This document shows positions 30,860 through 39,516 of a stretch of 64,000 nt of DNA, piece by piece (position 1 is the stretch's first letter; each line of letters opens with the position of its first letter). The position numbers and the translations under genes are program-made. Under the pieces are notes generated by a model. That model had not been told where the DNA came from. It was given only the letters and a program-made list of their open reading frames with translations, and did not search any database. Source of the DNA: Phycisphaeraceae bacterium (GTDB lineage Bacteria; Planctomycetota; Phycisphaerae; Phycisphaerales; Zrk34); the NCBI GenBank assembly GCA_040905565.1, contig JBBDRF010000092.1:146916-210915 (forward strand), in the 5' to 3' direction.

Positions 30860-31569
30860 TCACGCTTTCCCCCTCAACACCACTGGCAGCGGCCGTCATC
30901 CGCTCGACCATGCTGGTTCTACTCCTGGTGGCTGTCGCTGGTTGCGAAACGGGCCAGAACAATAATGTCAGCCCCAGCTACGCCAGTAACAGCCGTGATA
31001 ACGCCGAGCATGACGCGTTTGTGCGAGGCGCCGATCGGCCCCCGACCCCGCGGACGCTCTGTGCCATGGCCGGCATGCTCGTGGCGCAAGGCAAAGACGA
31101 AGAGGCGACCTTCGTTTTGCGGCGCACCATCAGCGAGCACCCCAGCTACGCCCCGGCCTACAACGCCCTCGCCGAGGTTCACACACGGCAGGACCGTCTC
31201 GATCTGGCCATTGAAACCGTCGAGGCCGGTCTCGAGCAATTGCCCGGAAACGCTGTGCTGCTGAACAATCGCGGGATGATTGCGCTGTTTGAGAAAGACT
31301 ACGAAACGGCCACTGACTATTTTCAGCAGGCGGCCGAGCAACGCCCCGACGGGCGTTACCAGGCGAACATGGCTCTGGGCCTTGCGATGCAGGGATTGTA
31401 CGACGAGGCGCTGGAGGCCTATCGGCTTGCCGTTTCCGAAGGCGAAGCGCACTTCAACGTTGCCGTGGCAGCCGAGGCCCGTAACGATCTGGAGTACGCG
31501 GCCGAATCGTTCGAACGTGCCGAGACCCACAATTTCCGGCTGCCCCGAGATGCCCCAACACACAACTAG
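30856..31569 (+). CDS. TPR lipoprotein (TadD-like)
   Basis: VAGC lipobox; TPR-like helices AYNALA, LLNNRG, AHFNVA. Confidence 0.8.
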   Translation: MITLSPSTPLAAAVIRSTMLVLLLVAVAGCETGQNNNVSPSYASNSRDNAEHDAFVRGADRPPTPRTLCAMAGMLVAQGKDEEATFVLRRTISEHPSYAPAYNALAEVHTRQDRLDLAIETVEAGLEQLPGNAVLLNNRGMIALFEKDYETATDYFQQAAEQRPDGRYQANMALGLAMQGLYDEALEAYRLAVSEGEAHFNVAVAAEARNDLEYAAESFERAETHNFRLPRDAPTHN

Positions 31570-31772
31570 CTTTTGTTCGGAGAAAGCGGCAGAAACGGGA
31601 AAACCTGCCGCTTATTCGGAAGTGTCGTAGTTTACGTTTAGAGACCGGCGGCGGTCCGCTTCGAAAGATCCCGCAGCCGGAGTTCCATTAAGAGCCGGCA
31701 AATTCTGGATCAAGGACGGAAGATGGGGTCGCCGTGATCCAATTGCTCTGCGTCCGATACGGCGACGCCGAG

Positions 31773-31835
31773 ACTGCTGAACCGGACTTCGCGGGATCGG
31801 TCAGCGCAAGGGTTGTGGCGTTGGAACTGCTGGCT
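31773..31835. repeat. ~65-bp dispersed repeat, copy B
   Basis: Same orientation as 18852-18916; both copies lie 3' of minus-strand rve remnants. Confidence 0.85.
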
Positions 31836-31849
31836 CGAAGCGGGCCATC

Positions 31850-32027
31850 GCCGCACCCCCTCGATTGAGCCCGCCACCTCCTCCGCGGGCGGCCCGTCAC
31901 TTTCGCCCAACGGCACATTCCCCAACGACTGATGCGGGCGCATCGTGTTGTAATACGTCACGTATGTCTGCACGATGTGGTCAACCTGAGGCAGGCCGAA
32001 GCACGCCAGCGCGTTCAGGCACTCACG
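31850..32027 (-). mobile_element. rve transposase remnant 2 (short C-terminal fragment)
   Basis: RECLNALACFGLPQVDHIVQTYVTYYNTMRPHQSLGNVPL, close to remnant 1. Confidence 0.85.
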
Positions 32028-32127
32028 CAGGCTTGGAGATTCGGGCATTCTTGACGGCCCTGAGGGTGCGACCGATGCACGGGACGCTTACCATAAGCTC
32101 GATCAACGGCCCCAACAGGAGGCGAAG

Positions 32128-33543
32128 ATGGCGAGGACAGTCGATGTGGCGATCGTCGGAGCGGGGACAGCCGGGCTCAGCGCGTTGCGCGAAGTTCGAG
32201 GCGTAACCGAGAATTTTGTCATCATCAACGCCGGCGACTGGGGCACGACCTGTGCCGCGCGAGGGTGCATGCCCTCCAAGGCATTGATCGAAGCGGTGAA
32301 CGCGTTCCATCGCCGGCATGATTTCGCCGCGTTCGGCATTGGCGGAAGCGAAAGTCTTTCCATTGAGGTACCCGCCGTGCTCGAGCGCGTGCGGCGTTTG
32401 CGGGACGGTTTTGCGAGCGGGCCGCGGTCCAAGCCAGAGCAACTCGGCGAGCGGGCGGTGTCGGGCCGGGCACGCCTAACCGGGCCCGATCGTCTTGAGG
32501 TCAACGGCGAGCAGATCGTCGCACGCCGGATCGTCCTCGCCCCCGGCAGCGCCCCGATTGTGCCCGAATCGTGGGCGTCGTTCGGCGACCGTATCCTGAC
32601 GACCGATACGCTTTTCGAGCAGCCCGATCTGCCCCGACGAATCGCCGTGGTTGGGCTGGGCGCCATCGGCCTCGAAATGGCGCAGGCATTGGCGCGACTG
32701 GGGCGCGAGGTCGTGGCCTTCGACGCGCTCGATCGCGTCGGCGGCGTGGACGATCCAGAGGTGGCGATGGCCCTGCACGAACGGCTTGCATACGAGTTTC
32801 CGATTCATCTGAGGGCAAACGTGGAACTTCAGGAGGCGGATGGGCAGATCTCCGTGGCATGGGCGGACGCCTCGGTTGAGGTTGATGCCGTCCTGGCCGC
32901 GATGGGTAGACGCCCTAATCTCGATGATCTCGGGCTTGAGACGCTTGGCGTGACGTTGGACAAACGCGGGCTGCCTCCGGTGAATACCGAGACATTGCAG
33001 GTGGCGGATTTGCCCATCTTCCTCGCAGGCGATGCGAACGGAGACCGCCCCATACTGCATGAAGCCGCGGACGATGGGCACATCGCAGGCCGTAACGCCA
33101 TAGCCGAGCACGTGCAGGCCCACTGTCGCCGTACCCCTTTGTCGATCGTCTTCTGCGATCCACAGTTAGCGCGCGTGGGAGCGCCGCTGTCGTCACTCGA
33201 TCCGGAGCGCACCGTGGTCGGTTCGGCGGATTTCACTCGCCAGGCTCGCGCTCGCACCGCCGAGAGGGCTGTTGGACTGCTGCGCGTTTATGGCGATCGC
33301 CAAACCGGCCGCCTGCTCGGCGCGGAGATGGCGATCCCGGCCGCCGAGCATATCGGGCATCTGCTGGCACTGGCGATCGAGCAGAAGTTAACCGTTCAGC
33401 AAGTGCTAGCCATGCCGTTTTACCATCCGGTCCTCGAGGAAGGATTGCGGGGCGCGCTGCGGCAGATCGCGAAGAAGACAACGCAGGCCGGCGCGTCAGA
33501 TCTGTCGACATGCCCCGAAGTCGGCTACGAAGCGATCGATTGA
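32128..33543 (+). CDS. lpdA: Dihydrolipoyl dehydrogenase family flavin-disulfide oxidoreductase
   Basis: GAGTAG FAD motif, TTCAARGCMPSK redox disulfide, GLGAIGLE, YHPVLEE; AGGAGG RBS. Confidence 0.85.
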   Translation: MARTVDVAIVGAGTAGLSALREVRGVTENFVIINAGDWGTTCAARGCMPSKALIEAVNAFHRRHDFAAFGIGGSESLSIEVPAVLERVRRLRDGFASGPRSKPEQLGERAVSGRARLTGPDRLEVNGEQIVARRIVLAPGSAPIVPESWASFGDRILTTDTLFEQPDLPRRIAVVGLGAIGLEMAQALARLGREVVAFDALDRVGGVDDPEVAMALHERLAYEFPIHLRANVELQEADGQISVAWADASVEVDAVLAAMGRRPNLDDLGLETLGVTLDKRGLPPVNTETLQVADLPIFLAGDANGDRPILHEAADDGHIAGRNAIAEHVQAHCRRTPLSIVFCDPQLARVGAPLSSLDPERTVVGSADFTRQARARTAERAVGLLRVYGDRQTGRLLGAEMAIPAAEHIGHLLALAIEQKLTVQQVLAMPFYHPVLEEGLRGALRQIAKKTTQAGASDLSTCPEVGYEAID

Positions 33544-33684
33544 ACCGCGCCGCTCTGCCGGACGGTGCGCAGGCGGGCGATCTATCTACTCATGGTCGGT
33601 GACGCGGCCGCTGGGTGCGAGCATGGTGGGGCGGGCCACACAGAGGTGGCTCGCAACGTCGGGCACAGAGCGTAACCCATGCCT

Positions 33685-34620
33685 TCACGAGGCCTTCCGC
33701 TCGTAGTGGTTCAGCAGTCCGCCCAGGAGTTGAACACGGCGCACCCGTCCGATGGAGCCCGCGAACTCCTTGGCGGGCGGCCCGTCACTTTCGCCCAACG
33801 GCACATTCCCCAGCGACTGGTGCGGGCGCATCGTATTGTGATATTTCACGTACGTCTGCACGATGTGATCGAGATACGGCAGGCTGAGACACGCCAGGGC
33901 ATTCAGGCACTCACGCTTGACACTGCCAATCCACGACTCCGCGAACGAATTCGCTATGTGACTGGAACGGCGTCTTCACGACTTCGCCCGCAACCTGGCG
34001 GAAGTGTTCGTCGAACGCATCGGTGTACTTCGCGTCGCGATCGCGGATCAGAAATCGCATCTCAAGTCCTTCGTCCTCCACCCACATCGTGACGTTCCGC
34101 GCCTGCTGCTGCATCCACTCGCCAGTCGGGTGATACGTGCTCGGCGACACGAACACAGCAGTAGGCCATGTGCTTGCCGGTCGGCGTCCACACCGCTTTG
34201 CAGAAGAAATCCGTCGCCACCATGCAATGCTTTCAGGAAGGTCCGCCCGGTGCATGCCGATCCGGGTCAGGAAGCAGACCCTTCTCCTCAAGCACGCGAC
34301 GCACCAGCTTCGGCTGGGCGTGAGCGCCAGCTTACGCAACTCACCAACAATCTGGCGCACGCCCCAGCCGGCATTTTCCCGAGCCAACCGAAGGATCAAC
34401 GCGCGCAACGAGTCGGTCACCTTCCGCGGCCTGCCTACCCGCTTCGCTTCACGACCCGCCAGTTGCTCGCGGACCCATCGACGATAGGTCTTGACGCTGA
34501 CGATCCCGATGACATCATCTATCTGATGACGCATCTCCCGCCAACCGATGCATTCTCGCACGATCCTCTGGAGACAGGATCACGCGGTCGCCTGGCAGCT
34601 TCGCGCGGAGCAGTTCGACA
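33685..34620 (-). mobile_element. rve transposase remnant 3 (near full length, several deletions and frameshifts)
   Basis: VELLRAKLPGDRVILSPEDRAR, VSVKTYRRW, LILRLARENAGWG, FLIRDRDAKYT, GLLNHYERKAS*. The LMFIHLGTRK segment of remnant 1 is deleted. Confidence 0.85.
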
Positions 34621-34629
34621 GAACAGGTG

Positions 34630-34671
34630 CCGTAAGTCCAGCATTAACCGCTGCCCGACATTTTGGTCCAC
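34630..34671 (-). repeat. Right copy of the imperfect 42-bp inverted repeat
   Basis: Reverse complement is gtggaccaaaatgtcgggcagcggttaatgctggacttacgg; partner at 18983-19024. Confidence 0.75.
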
Positions 34672-34768
34672 CCCGGCACCGGTGTATATAGACGCACCCC
34701 CTCTCACGACCCCGTAAAGCCCCATAACCGAGACTTTTCGTTTCGCACAAGCGAAGCACACAAGAAAT

Positions 34769-35278
34769 TTGTCGCGCGCGCACATTCGCCGAAAAAGTTC
34801 GAAGAGTGTTTGGCCCGCAGGCAGCTTCCACAAGGACGTCGACAACGGCCGCATCATGCAGCAGCTCACCGTCTCTGGCCAGACCCGCAAGTACGCCTGG
34901 CTCCAACGCACCCGCCGCCGCGTCGGCTTGCAGGACGTGCATCCCGATGCCGTCGCACAGATCCCCGCCCACGCCAATGTCTACCTCGCCGCCGGCGACA
35001 CCGGCGTCACGGGCGATCTCGTGTTCGATGCCCAAAACGAGAACGTCGCCGAAAACCAGTGGACCAACTACTGGCAAGGCGATCTCGCCGAGCACGACGG
35101 CCAACTCGTCACCGGCCTTATGGGCAGCCTCTACCTACCGAACGCCATCCCCCAATCCCTCTGGCCCACGAGCCACGGCGAAAGCACCAAACACGGCTGG
35201 AACATCCACGCCTTCGGACACCCCGATCTCACCTTCAGCCCCCGAGCGCTGTGCGCGGTGGTGGCGTGGGAGTTTTGA
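34769..35278 (+). CDS. Unknown protein (ORF X), probably a 3' fragment of a larger gene
   Basis: C-ending codon bias from about 34830; the duplicated 3' end at 19825-19900 differs mostly at synonymous sites. Start unclear. Confidence 0.6.
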   Translation: MSRAHIRRKSSKSVWPAGSFHKDVDNGRIMQQLTVSGQTRKYAWLQRTRRRVGLQDVHPDAVAQIPAHANVYLAAGDTGVTGDLVFDAQNENVAENQWTNYWQGDLAEHDGQLVTGLMGSLYLPNAIPQSLWPTSHGESTKHGWNIHAFGHPDLTFSPRALCAVVAWEF

Positions 35279-35530
35279 TGTTGACCCGCGCCATATTACG
35301 GCGTCAATCAGGTGGCTGCTGGCGAGGGTGCCCGACCATTCTCGAACAAAACTTTTCCCCAGCTTCTTTCACGGATCGCAACCGCGGCCACTAGCGCAGC
35401 CAACGTCTTGTTCGACACTTATAGGTGACATCTGGCTCTCCCGGTCGTTGGGGTGAGCCGACAGGTCAGCATTTATTACGATGTTCGTGTCCAAAAATCC
35501 AGCGGCTGTCTATTACCTTGTGGAGTTCAT

Positions 35531-36070
35531 ATGTCTCTGTCAACCAATCCCCAACTCGATCGCGGTGACCGCTTCACCCGGCTGCTCCTAGCAAATCAGC
35601 AGCGCATTTACGGTCTGATCCTGGCGCTCACGCCCAACTGGAGCGACGCGGATGACCTGATGCAGGAGACCACCGCCGTCATGTGGGCCAAGTTTGACGC
35701 GTTCGAACCCGGCACCGATTTCGCCGCCTGGGGATTGCGGATCGCCCGCTTTCAGGTCATGAACTATCTGAAGATCAAGGGGTCCGAGCGTCGCCGCTTC
35801 AGCAATGAGGCAGTCGAGCTGATCGTCGATAAGTTCACCGAGACGGTCGACGAACTCGAAGATCGGCGCGATGCGTTAAAGCGCTGCATGGATAAGCTGC
35901 CGGCCAAGGATCGCAAGCTCATTCAGTTGCGCTACGAGGTGGGCACCACCACCAGGACGTTGGCGGATCGCGTAGGGCGCAGCATTCATGCCGTCTACAA
36001 AGCCCTCAATCGCACCCATGCGCAACTGCTGGCATGCATGCAGCGGTCGCTTAACCACGGGGGGAACTGA
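35531..36070 (+). CDS. ECF sigma-70 factor (Rhodopirellula/Verrucomicrobium type)
   Basis: DADDLMQET, GTDFAAWGLRIARFQV, LIQLRY, AVYKALNR; GGAG RBS. Confidence 0.92.
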   Translation: MSLSTNPQLDRGDRFTRLLLANQQRIYGLILALTPNWSDADDLMQETTAVMWAKFDAFEPGTDFAAWGLRIARFQVMNYLKIKGSERRRFSNEAVELIVDKFTETVDELEDRRDALKRCMDKLPAKDRKLIQLRYEVGTTTRTLADRVGRSIHAVYKALNRTHAQLLACMQRSLNHGGN

Positions 36071-37839
36071 TGGCATTGTCCCCTGACCAGTTTGCAAAGC
36101 TCAACGATTTGCTGGGCAACCTGCGTGATGGCACGCTTGACGATGCGCAATTCGTTGCACTCGATCAGATGCTTTGCAACGATCCTGATGCCGCCGATTA
36201 TTACGCACAATACGTGATGCTTTGCGTTGAGCTCTCTAAGTATCATGCCGTCCCATCACAGTCGGAGCTGTTCGAGGACGAACCCAGCACGCGCAAGCTT
36301 TTGGCGGAGGTTCTGGAGCAGCAGCAAGCGGCCGCCGCACGCGATGCTGCCGAGCAGGCGCGGCTGGCGGCGAAACGTGAGGCAGAAGCCGAGGCCGCTG
36401 CCGAGGCTCAGGCTCGACGCGAAGAGGCCGAACGGCTTGCGGAGGAATCCAGGCCTCGGGTTTACCACATCGTCATCCCCAAATCGCTCGCCTACGGCGT
36501 GGCGATCGCTGCCTTGCTGCTGCTTTCGACGATGATCTCGCTTCCGCCAACTCCGCCGACTCCCGAGCCGTCCGCGCCGACCGGCGCAGCGAAAGCCGAA
36601 CCCATCGCGACCGTGGTGCATACGCTGGAGGCGCAGTGGGCGGACGATCAGCAGTATGCCGCCAGCGACGGTCTGCTTCGCGGTCACTATGAGCTGCTCG
36701 ACGGACTGGTCCTGATCGAGTTCGCCAGTGGGGCACGGGCAACCGTTGAGGGGCCTGCCATCTTCTCCCTTGACGGCGACAATGCCGCCAGGCTCGTGCA
36801 GGGCAGGCTCGTGGGCCATTGCCCGCCTGGAACCGAAGGGCTCACGATACAGACCTCAGGGGCGCAGGTAATCGACCTTGGCACCGAGTTTGGTGTCGCG
36901 ATCGAAGACGACGGCGACGCCGAAATTCACGTCTTCGACGGCTCCGTTTCCGTGCAGCCCAGCGGCAGCGGCGTCGCACGGCAGACACTACTGGCCAATA
37001 ACGCTGCCCGCGCCGATGCACGCGGCTGGTCGCTGCAAGCCATCAAAACCGACAGCCTTGCCTTTGTGCGTCATCGCGAGTTCGAAGCACGTGTCAAGGC
37101 GAACGAAGGATCACGCTACCATCGCTGGCTCGCTTATGCGTATGAGCTGAGGCGGGATCCCAAGCTCGTCGCCTTTTACGACTTCGCCACCGACAACACC
37201 GCCTCCGTTCCCAATCTCGCGCAGGCGACGGCCGGGCAACTGGACGCCACAAGCGTCGGCGCGAACGGCGCTCAGGCCACGCTGCCGACGGCTCCCGGTC
37301 GCTGGTCCGAGAAGCCGGGCCTGGCATTTTCCCGCTCCAATCAGCGTCACCTGATGATCCCCCATTCGCCGCTGCTGGATCTTGACGAGCTCACCATCGC
37401 CGTCTGGGTGCGCCGGCGGGGTGCCGAAGCTCCCCAGGGCGTCATCGTCTCCAAACGCAATCATGACAACGTCGCCTTTCAGTTCGGGATCCTCGGGAAA
37501 GAGCCCGACCAAGGCCACATGCAGTTCGTGAGCGATCTGCCGGCCGGCGCGGACGCCGCCGTCGCACGCACAACCCGAGAGCGGGTCGGCCAGGAAGGAT
37601 GGGACCATCTGGTCGTCACCTTCGACGGCGAGCGCGCAGTGTTCTACCGCAACGGGACCTACGTGGAAGAAAAAGCAATCGCTGCGATGAGTCCGAATGC
37701 GGCCGACCTCATCATCGGAATGTCCGGAAGACGTGACGAGCCGGCTGCTTTCGAAGGTGTCTTAGATGAGTTGGCGATTTTTTCTTACGCCGCCAACGCA
37801 CAGCAGGTTTCAAACATGTTCGAATCCGGACGCCCCTGA
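36070..37839 (+). CDS. FecR-type anti-sigma factor with C-terminal LamG-like domain
   Basis: Coupled to the sigma gene (TGATG); single TM; VEGPA, VIDLGTEFGV, IHVFDGSV; WDHLVVTFDG...FYRNG...LDELAIF. Confidence 0.88.
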   Translation: MALSPDQFAKLNDLLGNLRDGTLDDAQFVALDQMLCNDPDAADYYAQYVMLCVELSKYHAVPSQSELFEDEPSTRKLLAEVLEQQQAAAARDAAEQARLAAKREAEAEAAAEAQARREEAERLAEESRPRVYHIVIPKSLAYGVAIAALLLLSTMISLPPTPPTPEPSAPTGAAKAEPIATVVHTLEAQWADDQQYAASDGLLRGHYELLDGLVLIEFASGARATVEGPAIFSLDGDNAARLVQGRLVGHCPPGTEGLTIQTSGAQVIDLGTEFGVAIEDDGDAEIHVFDGSVSVQPSGSGVARQTLLANNAARADARGWSLQAIKTDSLAFVRHREFEARVKANEGSRYHRWLAYAYELRRDPKLVAFYDFATDNTASVPNLAQATAGQLDATSVGANGAQATLPTAPGRWSEKPGLAFSRSNQRHLMIPHSPLLDLDELTIAVWVRRRGAEAPQGVIVSKRNHDNVAFQFGILGKEPDQGHMQFVSDLPAGADAAVARTTRERVGQEGWDHLVVTFDGERAVFYRNGTYVEEKAIAAMSPNAADLIIGMSGRRDEPAAFEGVLDELAIFSYAANAQQVSNMFESGRP

Positions 37840-37887
37840 ATTCAGGCGCGTTTTACACTTCCCCTTTCCTCTCCAAAGGAGCCTCAC

Positions 37888-38574
37888 ATGTCAATCTTTA
37901 CCCGAGTTCTTGTGCCCGTCGGAGTCGCTGCGGCGATCATGGTCTCCAGTGCTTCGGCACACGCTGCCGTCATCGATTACACCTATGAGTACCATCCCGA
38001 CACTGTCGCGAATGTAGGAATCGGTGGCGCTAATGCAGGCGACGAATACACAAACCCCTCCTCACTGAACGACGGGATCATCGCCGACTGGGAGAAGCCT
38101 TGGGAGTCTTCCCCGGACGACGATCCCCCCGCGGGGACGATTTATAACCTGGATGGCGACGCATATCCGCAGCCCGGAATCACCCTGACACTGGACGACA
38201 CCCACGCGCTGGCGAACCTTACCGTCCACTATTTCCACACCGAACCCCAAGGCGTGACCGCGCCAACCAGCTTGCTGGTCACCGTCGGCGATCACGACAG
38301 CTTCGTGGTTGACGATTTCGATGACTCAGATGCGACCCCCACCACGGTCAACCGCGAAGTGACGATCGATCTCACCGGCTACACCGGCTCAACCATCGCG
38401 CTGGATTTCCGCAACAGCGAGCCCGAAATCCTCGGGTTTAACGGCGAGTGGCTCGGGCTATCCGAAATCACCGTCCAAGAGGCGCAGCCCAGCACCGTCA
38501 TCCCCGAACCCGCGTCCCTGGCAACGCTCGGCCTCGGCGCACTGCTGATGCTCCGTCGTCGCCGCACGGCGTAA
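37888..38574 (+). CDS. PEP-CTERM surface protein
   Basis: Signal peptide, acidic beta-rich body, C-terminal IPEPASLATLGLGALLMLRRRR. Confidence 0.92.
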   Translation: MSIFTRVLVPVGVAAAIMVSSASAHAAVIDYTYEYHPDTVANVGIGGANAGDEYTNPSSLNDGIIADWEKPWESSPDDDPPAGTIYNLDGDAYPQPGITLTLDDTHALANLTVHYFHTEPQGVTAPTSLLVTVGDHDSFVVDDFDDSDATPTTVNREVTIDLTGYTGSTIALDFRNSEPEILGFNGEWLGLSEITVQEAQPSTVIPEPASLATLGLGALLMLRRRRTA

Positions 38575-38583
38575 CAAACCAGC

Positions 38584-38617
38584 GCGGCGAGGCATCGAAA
38601 GGTGCTTCGCCGCTTTT
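38584..38617 (+). terminator. Stem-loop or weak terminator after the PEP-CTERM gene
   Basis: gcggcgaggcatc-gaaa-ggtgcttcgccgc followed by tttt. Confidence 0.65.
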
Positions 38618-38690
38618 GCAAGGACGGGGTTGTCCGGGACGAAACGTGACCCGCTGGATACCACCAAGTCCCACTTTGGAGAACCTAATC

Positions 38691-39464
38691 ATGGATAGTC
38701 ACGACAGAAGTAACACCGCGTATCGACTCGTCGCACCGCGACTCGGCAAAGGCTTTACGCTGATCGAACTGCTCGTCGTCGTAGGCATCATCGCCCTGCT
38801 CATGGCGATCTTGCTTCCCGCGCTCGGCCGTGCCCGGCAGGAAGCAGTCAAGGTTTCCTGTGCCGCGAACCTGCGCCAGTGGGGGGCAGGACTGCAAATG
38901 TGGGCTTCGGATCACAACAACCAGTTAATCACTCCTGTTGCCGACCCGAACTACTGGGGAAGCATTATGGGCATTGACAGCGTCTACGATGACCCACCCC
39001 AGGATATCTACCACTTCTTCAGCTCATACATGGCTGATTACGATCTGGACGACGTGGAGGATTTCGGCAACAGCCCGGCGTACTGCCCGTCAGGCCCGGA
39101 AATCCGTCGACCCGAGTCCCAGAGTTTCACCAACATCGGCTACGGCTACTTCCCACATCGCCAGGGGATCGGAGGTATGACTTTTGAGCCGGAGGTGCAA
39201 GGCTGGGTCAGCAAGACGCGCTACGACGGCCCTTACTCGCGAGCACCGATCATGAGCGACCTCTACACCGAGACGGGCGGCGAACTGGACGAACCACGTT
39301 CCTCACACCTCGCATCCAGCGGCGACGGCCGACTCGGCAGCAACTTCCTCTTCGAAGACAGCAGCGTGAGTTGGCGCAGCAACGATGAAATCAGCCAGGC
39401 CGCTGTATTCGCCAACGCCCACGCCAAGTTGTTCTACATCTCTGTCCCTGGTCTTGTAGACTGA
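38691..39464 (+). CDS. Prepilin-type N-methylation domain protein (DUF1559-like pseudopilin)
   Basis: G|FTLIELLVVVGIIALLMAILLPALGRAR, CAANLRQWG, YCPS, H...GSNFLFEDSSV (variant of H-X9-DG). Confidence 0.88.
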   Translation: MDSHDRSNTAYRLVAPRLGKGFTLIELLVVVGIIALLMAILLPALGRARQEAVKVSCAANLRQWGAGLQMWASDHNNQLITPVADPNYWGSIMGIDSVYDDPPQDIYHFFSSYMADYDLDDVEDFGNSPAYCPSGPEIRRPESQSFTNIGYGYFPHRQGIGGMTFEPEVQGWVSKTRYDGPYSRAPIMSDLYTETGGELDEPRSSHLASSGDGRLGSNFLFEDSSVSWRSNDEISQAAVFANAHAKLFYISVPGLVD

Positions 39465-39516
39465 ACATCAGTTGCGCCCGGTTTTTACTGACACACCATT
39501 TTCACGGTAGTTCATT

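Noticed and set aside
35281..35307. ttgac...gtcaa hairpin after ORF X sharing 9 bp (inverted) with 19897-19905
   Set aside because: Too short and imperfect to separate from chance.
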